From the NCBI GenBank assembly GCA_030149365.1, contig JASBRP010000018.1:83350-147349 (forward strand): a stretch of DNA of 64,000 nt, written 5' to 3'. Positions 1-9,384 of this stretch are shown here, one piece after another. This DNA is from Solimonas sp. (GTDB lineage Bacteria; Pseudomonadota; Gammaproteobacteria; Nevskiales; Nevskiaceae). Each line of letters starts with the position of its first letter. The first letter of the stretch is position 1. The notes under the pieces were generated by a model. It did not search any database, was not told the DNA's origin, and saw only the letters and a program-made list of their open reading frames with translations. Position numbers and translations under genes: made by a program.

Positions 1-973
1 GATCTGCGGAGCCCTGACGCAGGCGGAAGCCGTTGAGAGCTGCCTCCGCCACTTCCAGACGCTGCTTGATTTCGGGCAACTGCTGCTTCAGGAAGGTCAG
101 CGTTTGATCAGCTTCAGCCGATCGTCTCTCTACATTCTGACGCTGGTAGGCTATCAACAGCTGGTTGATGATATCGCGAGCCAGATTCGGATCTCGGTGC
201 AGAAAACTCACCCCCAGAATCCCTGACTGCTTGCCCTTCTCGTACACACTCAAGTTGCCCGAAATAGCAGAAATGGCAACTTGCGGAGGCAGCCGTTTCA
301 CCAGAAACTCTGTCCCCGGCCGGGCCTGCAGCTCGCGCACAAAAATGCTGATCGGACCAGCGGTTGTATCTGCCTTGACAGGCTGCCCGACCGTTCCCTT
401 CAGCAGGCTCCTTCCACTGGCGTCGAACAACTCGAATCCCGCCTGGGTGGCTGTCAGCTTCAGACGCGCGCCGATAAGCTCCGGGGGAATATCCAGAGAC
501 GTGACCTTCAATATCTCCCCACCCCAAGCGTAACGCTTGAGGCCGAACCACGCCGAGGATACCTCCCCGGGGGCGCCCCTCCAGTGCCTAACTATAGGAG
601 AGCCCATATAGGGGAAATGCTCCGGCTGCGCGATCAGGTCCAGCCCCATGTCCTGCACTACTTTACCGATCACCATGCGACTCTTGATGATCTCGATCTC
701 TGCCGCCACCGGAGATTCACTCCCCAAAAGCTCGGCGACATCGCCAAGGGCCTTGTTGATGGACTTGCCTTCAGTCTCAACCTGCACGAGAGCATCGGTT
801 TGATAAATCGGGGCCACCGCCCACAGGTAGGCGAATCCCAATCCTAAGACCAGCACCACTATCATGACGATGACCAGACGACCGGCCAGGACCGTTCCCA
901 GCAGATCGCGTAGATCGAGTTCGTCGCGAGCCGGCTGCGCTGATGAGCCGGCCAGGGGTGCCTCAGGAATCAT
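1..973 (-). CDS. Polysaccharide co-polymerase / chain-length determinant (Wzc/GumC/Etk family), N-terminal part only; 3' end runs off the window
   Basis: My translation of the minus strand from ATG 973-971 gives MIPEAPLAGSSAQPARDELDLRDLLGTVLAGRLVIVMIVVLVLGLGFAYLWAVAPIYQTDALVQVE...FLKQQLPEIKQRLEVAEAALNGFRLRQGSAD. This shows a TM helix, a Wzz-type periplasmic domain and a coiled coil. It lies directly downstream of wza. It is absent from the ORF track because it is open at the window edge. Confidence 0.8.
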   Translation of the reverse strand, partial: MIPEAPLAGSSAQPARDELDLRDLLGTVLAGRLVIVMIVVLVLGLGFAYLWAVAPIYQTDALVQVETEGKSINKALGDVAELLGSESPVAAEIEIIKSRMVIGKVVQDMGLDLIAQPEHFPYMGSPIVRHWRGAPGEVSSAWFGLKRYAWGGEILKVTSLDIPPELIGARLKLTATQAGFELFDASGRSLLKGTVGQPVKADTTAGPISIFVRELQARPGTEFLVKRLPPQVAISAISGNLSVYEKGKQSGILGVSFLHRDPNLARDIINQLLIAYQRQNVERRSAEADQTLTFLKQQLPEIKQRLEVAEAALNGFRLRQGSAD

Positions 974-1005
974 CGGATTGTTCACGTTACAGAATCTTCA
1001 GGTTT

Positions 1006-2145
1006 TTAATCGTTGATAAGACGGTCAAGCTGGAACACGGCCGTGATGGTCGGCAACAGTTCGCCGATGATCAAGTTGTATTGAGAGAAGGCGTTAGCTT
1101 TGATGTACACCACATCGCGCGACTGCAGCTCAAACTGCCCTGCCAGCAGCATACCCTCGGGACGGGACATATCCAGGGCGAAGACCGTCGGCATATCTGT
1201 GCTGTCCGGTCCAGCGATGGACGCAGGGTTGCTGCCACGGAACACCAGCACGCCGGCGTCGCTGGCACTGCGGCGGTCCATGCCGCCCACAGTTGCGATC
1301 GCCTCCGTGAGGGTAATCCGGGACTGGCGCACCGGCACCACTGCCGAAGTCACCACCTCGCCCATCACAAATACCTTTTCTTCGCTGCCGCTCGGGACAT
1401 GGACACTATCACCCGGTTGCAGCAGTGGATTACCAGCAGTGCGCTGGCCGGACAGAAGGCCGCGCAAATCCACCGAGTAGGACTGGCCCTCTCGCACCAG
1501 CAGTGCTCGACGATAGCTGGCCTCCACTGTCAGACCGCCGCGCTCATTGATGGCCTCAAGGATGCCCTTGGGAGTGTCATCGAGCGCGACCGTTCCGGGA
1601 ATCTTGACCTCGCCGGTGACCTGCACTCGCTTAGAGCGAAACCCCACTACGCGCACATCGACCTGGGGTCCCTGGATCACACGCTGTAAACCCTGGATCA
1701 CGACCTGCCGGATCTCCGCGGTGGTTTTGCCTGCAGCCTTGAACGTCCCAACATAGGGGAAATAGGCGGTGCCATCAGCTGCAACCAAGCGCCCGTTGGC
1801 GATTGGATCGCCTGTCACACCGGAGGGATTGGTAAGTTCCGGATGGTCCCAAACCGTTACGTTCAGTACATCCCCCGGGCCGACGACGTAATCCGGTGCA
1901 GGCCGGGCTGGATCTAGTAGCGGCAACTCGCCGCTGAAAGCTTCATTCACGGGTGTCGCTTGCCCCAGGGTGGCCCCGGTAATCTTGACGACACGGAAGC
2001 CGGCGGCATGAGAGCCCTCGCCGCCCTCCGACACGCGCAAGCCGGGCACGATGGCGCAGGCAGACATCGACATTACCGCTACCAAGGAGATCGCAAGCTT
2101 CCATGCATACGGCTTAAGCCAATGATTTTTCACATTAATTTCCAT
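1006..2145 (-). CDS. wza: Outer-membrane polysaccharide export lipoprotein (Wza/GumB family)
   Basis: ORF 1006..2226. I moved the start to the internal ATG giving MEINVKNHWLKPYAWKLAISLVAVMSMSAC (signal peptide plus lipobox Cys). YVVGPGDVLNVTVWDHPEL and repeated SLBB-like segments are typical of Wza. Confidence 0.9.
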   Translation of the reverse strand: MEINVKNHWLKPYAWKLAISLVAVMSMSACAIVPGLRVSEGGEGSHAAGFRVVKITGATLGQATPVNEAFSGELPLLDPARPAPDYVVGPGDVLNVTVWDHPELTNPSGVTGDPIANGRLVAADGTAYFPYVGTFKAAGKTTAEIRQVVIQGLQRVIQGPQVDVRVVGFRSKRVQVTGEVKIPGTVALDDTPKGILEAINERGGLTVEASYRRALLVREGQSYSVDLRGLLSGQRTAGNPLLQPGDSVHVPSGSEEKVFVMGEVVTSAVVPVRQSRITLTEAIATVGGMDRRSASDAGVLVFRGSNPASIAGPDSTDMPTVFALDMSRPEGMLLAGQFELQSRDVVYIKANAFSQYNLIIGELLPTITAVFQLDRLIND

Positions 2146-2253
2146 TTTTGGCCAGTTTTGTCGGTTGGGCCGAAAGAATACTGCCCTAATAGATATAGCC
2201 GGGCTGCGCGGGTCTGCACATTCCAAACATTAAGGCATTGCGGCGCGCTTTTT

Positions 2254-2283
2254 AGCATATTTGGCGGCGCAAAGACGTTTCAA
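2254..2283 (-). promoter_or_regulatory. Candidate internal sigma70-like promoter ahead of wza-wzc (TTGAAA-N18-TATGCT on the minus strand)
   Basis: It sits in the only long (200 bp) non-coding gap of the cluster (2146-2345). This is a hexamer match only. Confidence 0.2.
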
Positions 2284-2345
2284 ATCAGGAGAATGTACGA
2301 TTTCTTGAGTATATCAGGCCAAAAGCTGAGGCATTGTGATGAAAG

Positions 2346-3581
2346 TCAAGCTGAGTTCCGCAGAGATCGCGCGCGTTCCAGTATCTCTATCATGAGCCGC
2401 GCCTGCGCCTCGCGTGAGTAGCGGCCCGCAGCGGCGGCACTGTTTCTGCTCAGACGCTCCAGCGCCGATCGGTCCTCTGCCAAGGCCACGATAGCTCCGG
2501 CCAAAGCAGCCGGGTCTTCGGGAGCGACGCAGACACCGCAGTCGTTCTCGCGAATGATCTGAGTTGCCTCGCCCTCCGGCAGTGACATGAGGATCGCCAC
2601 TCCCATGCCCATGCACTCGAAGATTTTGGACGGAATTACCGTGGAGAAAACCTCTGTGTTACGCAGGGGCACCAGCGACAGATCACAGAGGCTCCATAGT
2701 CGCGGCATCATCTCCTTGGGCTGGCGCGGAATCAGCCGCACGTTTTCCATCCCGACGGTGGCCACCCGCCGCTCTATCTTTTCGCGCTCCGCCCCACCTC
2801 CAGCGAAGATAAAAGCTATGTCACTCCGATGACGCAGCAATTCCGCGGCATCCAGCACCTTATCGAGGGCATGAGCCATTCCATGAGTGCCCAGATATCC
2901 CACTACCAGCCGCCCTTCTATGGAATACTTCCGCGCCAACTCAGCGTCTCGCGGCGCTGGGTGGAATTGCTCCATATCGACGCCGTTGATGACTACCTCG
3001 AGCTTGTTCGGATCAATGCCGCGAGCAACCAGATCCTTGCAGAAGGCCCGTGTCACCGAGATCACCATAACGGCACGCCGGTAGAGGAACAGCTCGATCT
3101 TTTCTAACAGGCGAATAGCTCGGTTCTTGCGCATCGCGCCAACTGCCATGATTGACGCCGGCCAGAGATCGCGCAGTTCGAACACGAACGGTAGGCGCCG
3201 AACCGTCGCTAGAGCCCAACCGCCAACGGCACAGAAGAGCTGCGGCGAGGTGGCGACGACCAAGTCCGGACGACGTTCGAACAGGCCAGCAAGGAAGCCC
3301 ATTACCATGAAGGACATGTAGTCCAGTGTCCGCTTGAGGAAGCCTTCGTTGGCGGTGATGTAGGTTTTGACGCGCACTACGCGGATACCGCTGACGACTT
3401 CGACTGACCGCCAGCGGTTGCGGTAACCCTCATAGACTTTGCCTTCCGGGAAATTCGGAGCACAAGTGATAACCGTGACCTCATGACCGTCACGCACCCA
3501 GCAGCGCGCATGTTCGTACAGGCGCGAGGCCGGCGCGTTGGATTCCGGCGGAAAGTTGTCGGACAGGAAGAGGATGCGCAT
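2346..3581 (-). CDS. Glycosyltransferase family 4 (WbuB/WcaI-like)
   Basis: ORF 2346..3638, start set at MRILFLSDNFPPESNAPASRLYE. GT-B C-terminal features are present (VGYLGTHGMAHALD, IPSKIFECMGMGVAIL). Confidence 0.85.
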   Translation of the reverse strand: MRILFLSDNFPPESNAPASRLYEHARCWVRDGHEVTVITCAPNFPEGKVYEGYRNRWRSVEVVSGIRVVRVKTYITANEGFLKRTLDYMSFMVMGFLAGLFERRPDLVVATSPQLFCAVGGWALATVRRLPFVFELRDLWPASIMAVGAMRKNRAIRLLEKIELFLYRRAVMVISVTRAFCKDLVARGIDPNKLEVVINGVDMEQFHPAPRDAELARKYSIEGRLVVGYLGTHGMAHALDKVLDAAELLRHRSDIAFIFAGGGAEREKIERRVATVGMENVRLIPRQPKEMMPRLWSLCDLSLVPLRNTEVFSTVIPSKIFECMGMGVAILMSLPEGEATQIIRENDCGVCVAPEDPAALAGAIVALAEDRSALERLSRNSAAAAGRYSREAQARLMIEILERARSLRNSA

Positions 3582-3592
3582 AGGCGGCAGAG

Positions 3593-5233
3593 TCACCAAT
3601 CGAGACGAAAAAGGGAGCTGCCTGCCGGCAGCGTCCATTCGAGAAGCGTACAGGTTTCACTGGCACCGAAACGCGGATGCCAGGTCGCTGGCGTCAAGCG
3701 GACCTCGCCGGCGCCCTCCAGGCTCCAGCGCAGATGGCGCCCCTCCGAATGAGCGGTTCCGGTCTGCGGACCATCCTGCTTCAGAATCCAGCAAGGATGG
3801 AGGCGAACCCTTCCGAAAGCGACGCTGTAGCGACCCTGGATACGGTCACGGATTTCCAGCCCGGTATCGCGCAGCAGCCATTGACGAGAATGAAGTGGCT
3901 TGCCCGGAAGCCTACGATATCCGTCATGGCTCGCCGACAGCCGCACTTCCCCTGTGGCATCGACTTCGAGCGACACATCTAGCGGACGTGCCCGACGCGC
4001 AACACGGAAACTGCTCCAGACTTCAGATGAGTCTGCACGGTCTATCTCGACCGTGTTGTGCGCAGCGGTCGCTCGTTGCCTCAGGCGCTCAGGGCTGGCA
4101 TCGTAACGGGAGGTGCCAGAGTCAACGATCAAGCGCTGGCCGTACAGGGACAGCTCGAATCCGAGCGTGTCGGCATGCGCATGGCCGGGCAGGTAGTCCG
4201 GGCCGATTTCGCCCACATCAGCTAGCAATACTGCAGGGCCACGGGTAAGTCGGGCGTAACCCGTTGCGGGAAGCAGGGCGACTGCAGGCGCCTCCGTGAC
4301 AGCGTCGCATCCCAATTGCCGGGCATAGCGCTCCAGCACGACAGCCACGGGAGCGATGCCGAAAGCCGCATCGTTCATAAGGGCGATGTCTCCATCAGGA
4401 TGGGACATAGCCTGCAGCCAAGCAAGCATGCGCGTAACGGCTGTAGACCAGCGGCGACGCAGCTTGGCGGGAATGCTATCGGGATAGCAGTCGGATAGCT
4501 GTATCAGATCGAGCAGGTCTTCTAGAAGAATCGCGTGGTACATCGGGCTGCGTTCAAAATGCCCGCCATCCGCCAGAATCTGCTCGTCCAGTTGGCGATC
4601 AAGGATGCCGAGCCCCTTCGTCAGCCAAGATCGCGCCTCCGGCCCGTCAAAGAACACTCCACCAAACACAAGAGCCTTGGCATTAGCCCACAGGTGATTA
4701 CCCAGCAGGTGCCACTCCAGGCGCCGGCACAGGAAGCGCAGCTGCTGATCCAGTGAGTTGATCCAGGACAACTGAGGCGGATGGCCACCCGCAAACCACT
4801 TGATCCAGTTCACAGTGCGCAACGACAGGCAGTAGGGCTCCCAGCCATTGCCCACCCCGACAGGGTTCTCTGCAACCCATCGATGCAGCAGGCCAGCATG
4901 GACTTCCTGGCGCCCCTCCGCTCCCATGGCGTCCAAATCGTCAAAGTAGTGCAGGTTGTACAGCCACAGCTTGGGGCTGGTCGGATTATTCCAGCACTCC
5001 GCGCCCGGCATCAGGGGACGCTCGATACCGACGAAGTGGATACGTCCTTCCGCAATGGCCGGCTGTCGCCAGGCTATCGACCGCCATGCGTTCTGGCGCG
5101 CACGCAGAGGCGGCGCGACTCGAGGATCGACACGCGGCATCGGCCCCAGAACATGGGCAACACGCCCCAAAATCTGCGACAAACGCAGGTAACGGACTGT
5201 GTGCCAGTAGAGGCTTAATTTGTCCAGCCGCAT
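3593..5233 (-). CDS. Heparinase II/III-like (alginate-lyase superfamily) protein
   Basis: ORF 3593..5281 with a GTG first codon. N-terminus is LYWHTVRYLRLSQILGRV; also GNGWEPYCLSLRTVNWIKW, GHFERSPMYH, HAHADTLGFEL. The start is uncertain (5233, 5257 or 5281). Confidence 0.75.
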   Translation of the reverse strand: MRLDKLSLYWHTVRYLRLSQILGRVAHVLGPMPRVDPRVAPPLRARQNAWRSIAWRQPAIAEGRIHFVGIERPLMPGAECWNNPTSPKLWLYNLHYFDDLDAMGAEGRQEVHAGLLHRWVAENPVGVGNGWEPYCLSLRTVNWIKWFAGGHPPQLSWINSLDQQLRFLCRRLEWHLLGNHLWANAKALVFGGVFFDGPEARSWLTKGLGILDRQLDEQILADGGHFERSPMYHAILLEDLLDLIQLSDCYPDSIPAKLRRRWSTAVTRMLAWLQAMSHPDGDIALMNDAAFGIAPVAVVLERYARQLGCDAVTEAPAVALLPATGYARLTRGPAVLLADVGEIGPDYLPGHAHADTLGFELSLYGQRLIVDSGTSRYDASPERLRQRATAAHNTVEIDRADSSEVWSSFRVARRARPLDVSLEVDATGEVRLSASHDGYRRLPGKPLHSRQWLLRDTGLEIRDRIQGRYSVAFGRVRLHPCWILKQDGPQTGTAHSEGRHLRWSLEGAGEVRLTPATWHPRFGASETCTLLEWTLPAGSSLFRLDW

Positions 5234-5237
5234 CGGA

Positions 5238-5672
5238 TCAGCTGTGAGGTTCGACATATCGGGCAATGCGCGCCGGCGCACCTACCATAAGCGCGCGCGG
5301 CGGCACATCGGCAAGCACCACGCTGTTGGCGGCGATCACAGCACCGTCTCCGATGCGAATGGCACCGGCAACTACCGCGCCCGGCAAGATATGCACGCCG
5401 TTGCCGATCACGGGCACCCCTTCGCGATCAGGGTTGCGCCCGATGGTGACGTTCTGTGAGATTAGACAATTGTCGCCAATCACGGTGTCCTTGTGGATAA
5501 CCACCCCGAGCCCCCAGTAGCCGCACTGGAAGTTGCGGCCGATAGACGCAGAACTGGGAATCCAAGTGGCGAAAAGAAAGCGGTTGGCCCAAGAAATCGC
5601 CCAGGCCAGGCGCGGCAAGCCGTGCCGATGAAGAAAATTACCAATCCTATATGCCGAGACCGCCGGATTCAT
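5238..5672 (-). CDS. Left-handed beta-helix (hexapeptide) O-acetyltransferase, WcaB/CysE-like
   Basis: 144 aa with hexapeptide repeats (IGDNCLISQNVTIGRN..., IGNGVHILPGAVVAGAIRIGDGAVIAANSVV). Confidence 0.8.
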   Translation of the reverse strand: MNPAVSAYRIGNFLHRHGLPRLAWAISWANRFLFATWIPSSASIGRNFQCGYWGLGVVIHKDTVIGDNCLISQNVTIGRNPDREGVPVIGNGVHILPGAVVAGAIRIGDGAVIAANSVVLADVPPRALMVGAPARIARYVEPHS

Positions 5673-5738
5673 CTCATGACTCCACGAAATTTATGTCAGC
5701 CATTGCCAGGACCGTTTCCAGTGGCATGACTTCGCGGG

Positions 5739-6845
5739 TTACGAAATCATCTGCGTTAGCCGGGCTTCGGCGGCGCGAAGGGTGTTGTTACTGCACACCC
5801 TTTGATAAGCCCGCTCCGCCAACTGCATTCGCATAGCTTCGTCACGCTCCATGGCCAGGATCGCCGACGCCATCGCCTGAATGTCCTTCGGCTGCACGAG
5901 GAACCCGTGCTCCCGATCCTGTAATACGTCCGGTACAGCGCCGACTCGCGTAGCCACGACAGGAACCTTCAGCGCCAACATTTCAAGAAGGGAGTTGGGG
6001 AACCCCTCGACATGAGAAGCGAATAGGCAACAGTCGAGTGAGCGCAGCGTCTCGACCTTGTCTTCCTTGCCGAGCCAGCCAGCCACCTCGATCACGGAAT
6101 CCAACTTGCGTTCAGCCAAGCGACTGCGCAGCTCGGCCACCGTGTGACCGTCGCCATAGATCACCCCCCGTATCCTGGGTTGTATCTGGTGTGCCAGCGC
6201 CACGGCGTCGACGAAATCGAAGATACCTTTCGCCGGCTCGATCCGATTGAAGAAACCCACCCGGAACTCCACGCCGCCGGAGCCGGACATGGCAGCTTCG
6301 GCGGGCACGAAGGCGGCATCGCGTAGCCAGTTCTCTACCACCACGAATCGCGCGTGCACATCCGGGCCGGCAATGGTGCGAAAGTATGCCTGCCAAGACG
6401 TGCTCTGGCAGATGACAACATGAGCGCCACGTAGCGCCCAGCGGACATAGCGCGCAAACCAGCCGCCGCGGGCCACCTGCTCGATCAAATGCCCTGATCG
6501 TGGCAACAGCAACACGCGTGCGCCGAGCACCGCAGCGAGTCGCCCCATCAAACCCTTTTCGAGGAAGCTGTTGCCATGGCTGGCAAACAGCATCACCGTT
6601 GCGCCACGCTGGCGCATCACCTCGATGAGCAAGCGCGTCATCCGTGCTGCCACCATCGGCAGTCGCCGTAGGCCAGTACGGACGAAAATGTCGTCGCCCT
6701 CGGACACAATCGGCACGAACTCGTAGTCTTCGGCCAGCCGCCCCGAGGCAAGACTGCTACAGGCGAAGCCAACACCACCGACACGGCTTTCCCCCGCCTT
6801 CGGGAAGGCTCCAACGACGATCAGACGTTTCCGGGCCGAAGTCAT
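5739..6845 (-). CDS. Glycosyltransferase family 4
   Basis: ORF 5739..6908 (GTG). The ATG at 6845 gives MTSARKRLIVVGAFP. The C-terminal motif is FASHVEGFPNSLLEMLALKVPVVATRVGAVPDV. Confidence 0.8.
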   Translation of the reverse strand: MTSARKRLIVVGAFPKAGESRVGGVGFACSSLASGRLAEDYEFVPIVSEGDDIFVRTGLRRLPMVAARMTRLLIEVMRQRGATVMLFASHGNSFLEKGLMGRLAAVLGARVLLLPRSGHLIEQVARGGWFARYVRWALRGAHVVICQSTSWQAYFRTIAGPDVHARFVVVENWLRDAAFVPAEAAMSGSGGVEFRVGFFNRIEPAKGIFDFVDAVALAHQIQPRIRGVIYGDGHTVAELRSRLAERKLDSVIEVAGWLGKEDKVETLRSLDCCLFASHVEGFPNSLLEMLALKVPVVATRVGAVPDVLQDREHGFLVQPKDIQAMASAILAMERDEAMRMQLAERAYQRVCSNNTLRAAEARLTQMIS

Positions 6846-6949
6846 ACTGTCCGGCACAGTCGGTGTAAGCAGGACATTGCAGTTCCGCTGATACCGGATT
6901 TCGGACACCCCTCGCGAACTGTGGCATCAACAAGCATTTGTTTCCCCTG

Positions 6950-8227
6950 CTAGACAACGGTCGGTCTCGCCGGCTCGATCCGACCATCTTCAATGCGCGT
7001 CCAAATGGCGAGCAGCGCCAGAAAGAACCAGAGGCCGAAGTAAGCCAAGGCATGATGCGTGGCTGCATTGATCGCTGCTGCTAGGGCGACAGCGCAACCT
7101 ATCGCCCGGACATGAGTATTCCTTACGGACAGACAGCGCTTGAAAATCATGGCCCAGATGGTGAGATACAGGCAGAAGCCAAGCGCTCCATACTCAACTA
7201 GGGCACTAAGATACTCATTGTGCAGTGTAAGGTCGTTCTCTGCCCAGCGAGAATCTCCGACCTCCGAATAGTCGGCGTAGTATTGCCTGTGGTGTAAACG
7301 ATACTGCCCTGCGCCAAGTCCGAAACCATAGGTATCGGTGAGTGCGTTCACTCCGGCCATCCATAGGTAGACGCGTGAATCGTTCAGGCCCTTGGTTTCC
7401 AGGCGATAGGCAAGGATATTCGACTTGGCATCGAAAGCGTCCTGCTTGAGCGCTACGACACCCGCAACGAGAATTCCCGCGACCAACAGCAGCCGCCATT
7501 GACGTGTCAGCAGAAGATAGGCGACCACGCCCAAGACATACACCATCATGCCGGAACGAGAGCCGGTCAGCGTCGCCACGAAGGTGAGGCCTCCGAGCAC
7601 TACCAGAGCAGCGGGGATCGACAGAGTGCGCAGTATTCCGCTACGAGTTCGATCACTCCAATGGCGTATCAAGGCCAGCAGTATGACTACGAGCAGCAGG
7701 ATATTGACGCAGGCATTCGCAGGATTTCTAAAGGCTCCTGTCACCCTACGCCCCTGGATGCCCTGGAAAAACAACTCACGAGCATGTAAGGCCATGTCGA
7801 AGACGGAACCCACAAGGGCGACGATGAAGATCGCAAGCAACCAGTTCAACTGCCGCCTTGATGAAATTGCAGAGATTACCGCCACGTACGTTGTCACGCA
7901 GAACAGCCACAATGAAGCCTCGTTTACGGCCGATGCCATGGACCCACCCATCGTAAACTGGGAGATGCCGGCGACAGTCAGCCCCAGTGCAATGTAGGCA
8001 TATGTTGCACGAGCAATCTGATCGACCGTGACGCCCAAGCGGCGCACAATGACCAGCGCAACGAGAAACACGCCGATGATTCGATAGGGTTTGAATACCG
8101 CAATATCGACAACCTGCTCAAAGTTGACCGCGATGGCATATAAGCAACATACAAGTAGCGCGGGTGTCCACAGCGCCGTCCGCCGCATCGGCGCGGCTTC
8201 ATTTTGGGGGTATGGGATGCTTGTCAT
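6950..8227 (-). CDS. O-antigen polymerase / ligase family (Wzy_C) integral membrane protein
   Basis: Polytopic membrane protein with LTLHNEYLSALVEYGALGF. ATG 8227 overlaps the upstream stop (ATGA). GC was about 50% in two 60-nt lines I counted by hand. Confidence 0.7.
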   Translation of the reverse strand: MTSIPYPQNEAAPMRRTALWTPALLVCCLYAIAVNFEQVVDIAVFKPYRIIGVFLVALVIVRRLGVTVDQIARATYAYIALGLTVAGISQFTMGGSMASAVNEASLWLFCVTTYVAVISAISSRRQLNWLLAIFIVALVGSVFDMALHARELFFQGIQGRRVTGAFRNPANACVNILLLVVILLALIRHWSDRTRSGILRTLSIPAALVVLGGLTFVATLTGSRSGMMVYVLGVVAYLLLTRQWRLLLVAGILVAGVVALKQDAFDAKSNILAYRLETKGLNDSRVYLWMAGVNALTDTYGFGLGAGQYRLHHRQYYADYSEVGDSRWAENDLTLHNEYLSALVEYGALGFCLYLTIWAMIFKRCLSVRNTHVRAIGCAVALAAAINAATHHALAYFGLWFFLALLAIWTRIEDGRIEPARPTVV

Positions 8228-9384
8228 GCTGCGGACCACGGATCGTTTAGGACACTGGAGACGAATCTAGAAGGATCAAACAAGCTGGCAGCGCGCTTGG
8301 CGTTGCCAGCAAGCTGATACTGCCACTCTGGCTTTTCGTACAGTTCGCGGAATGCCGCCCGGATCGCGTCCTCGCTGGCGTCAGCTACCACCGCCGCGCA
8401 GTCATTGGAGCGGAGGAACTGGACCAACGCGCTGTCTTCTGGGGCGTGCGCCAGTACCGGCCGGCCGTAGGAAAGATAGTATGCGGCACGAGTTGGGAAA
8501 ATAGTTTGATACTCGCGCTGCGAGTATCCCCCATTCAAGCCATGGGGCAGCAGGAACAGGTCGGCGTCCGCCAGAAGCTCCTGCAGACGCTGGTCGTCGA
8601 GGTACCCATGGAAGCGCACGCCAGCCAAGTCCATCCCGCGCTGCTCGAGCACCTGAGGTGAAGTGCGGGTGGCAACATGGATCTGCAAATGCGGCTGCGC
8701 CGACAAGGCCTTTACGAGGCGGCAGGCGGCATCAAGATTGGATTCGTTGAAGGTCCCCATCATGACGGCCTTGACCGGCTCTCTGCGGAAACCCCTCGGA
8801 GCGGAAGGCACTGCCGCCTCGCCAACGGGGTGGCAGAGCACGCTGCTCTTCGAGGCTATGGCCGGGTAGCGCTCGACAAATGCCTGCCGTAGCCCCTGGC
8901 TGATGAAGTAACACCAAGCTGCGTTGGACAGTAGCTTGGCCTCGAGCCGGCAAGCCCAGATTTTCCATATGCCGCTGCGGTTCTCGGCGTAGGTATTGTG
9001 GAAATAATAGGCGACCGGAATCTTGAACCAGCGAGAGACACAGTACACCGCCGCGCAATAGTAAGCGTCGGGATATACACAGATGACGCGCTCCGGCGCG
9101 CGGCGGCGGATGGCCCGGGCTATCGAAATCACCAACGACAGGAACAGCAGGGCTCGTGGAAGGTGCAGGAAACGAGCACCGCGTCCGAATACAGACAGCT
9201 CGGTGCGATGCAATTGCAAATTATCGTAGCGTTGGGGGGGGCTACTGGACCACTCCAGGCCTCCCACCATCCAAAGTGCCTGCGTCGGCGTGGAATGGAG
9301 CAACTCTCGTGCAATGTGTGCCGAACCAGATTTTCCCGGCGGCACCGAGCGAGAGATATACAACAAGGGCCCTCTGCTGGACAT
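8224..9384 (-). CDS. Glycosyltransferase-like protein (GT-B fold, family uncertain)
   Basis: 386-aa ORF that abuts both neighbours. The C-terminal half resembles a GT4 donor-binding domain (LFLLPHGLNGGYSQREYQTIFPTRAAYYLSYGRPVLAHAPE). Confidence 0.6.
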   Translation of the reverse strand: MSSRGPLLYISRSVPPGKSGSAHIARELLHSTPTQALWMVGGLEWSSSPPQRYDNLQLHRTELSVFGRGARFLHLPRALLFLSLVISIARAIRRRAPERVICVYPDAYYCAAVYCVSRWFKIPVAYYFHNTYAENRSGIWKIWACRLEAKLLSNAAWCYFISQGLRQAFVERYPAIASKSSVLCHPVGEAAVPSAPRGFRREPVKAVMMGTFNESNLDAACRLVKALSAQPHLQIHVATRTSPQVLEQRGMDLAGVRFHGYLDDQRLQELLADADLFLLPHGLNGGYSQREYQTIFPTRAAYYLSYGRPVLAHAPEDSALVQFLRSNDCAAVVADASEDAIRAAFRELYEKPEWQYQLAGNAKRAASLFDPSRFVSSVLNDPWSAA

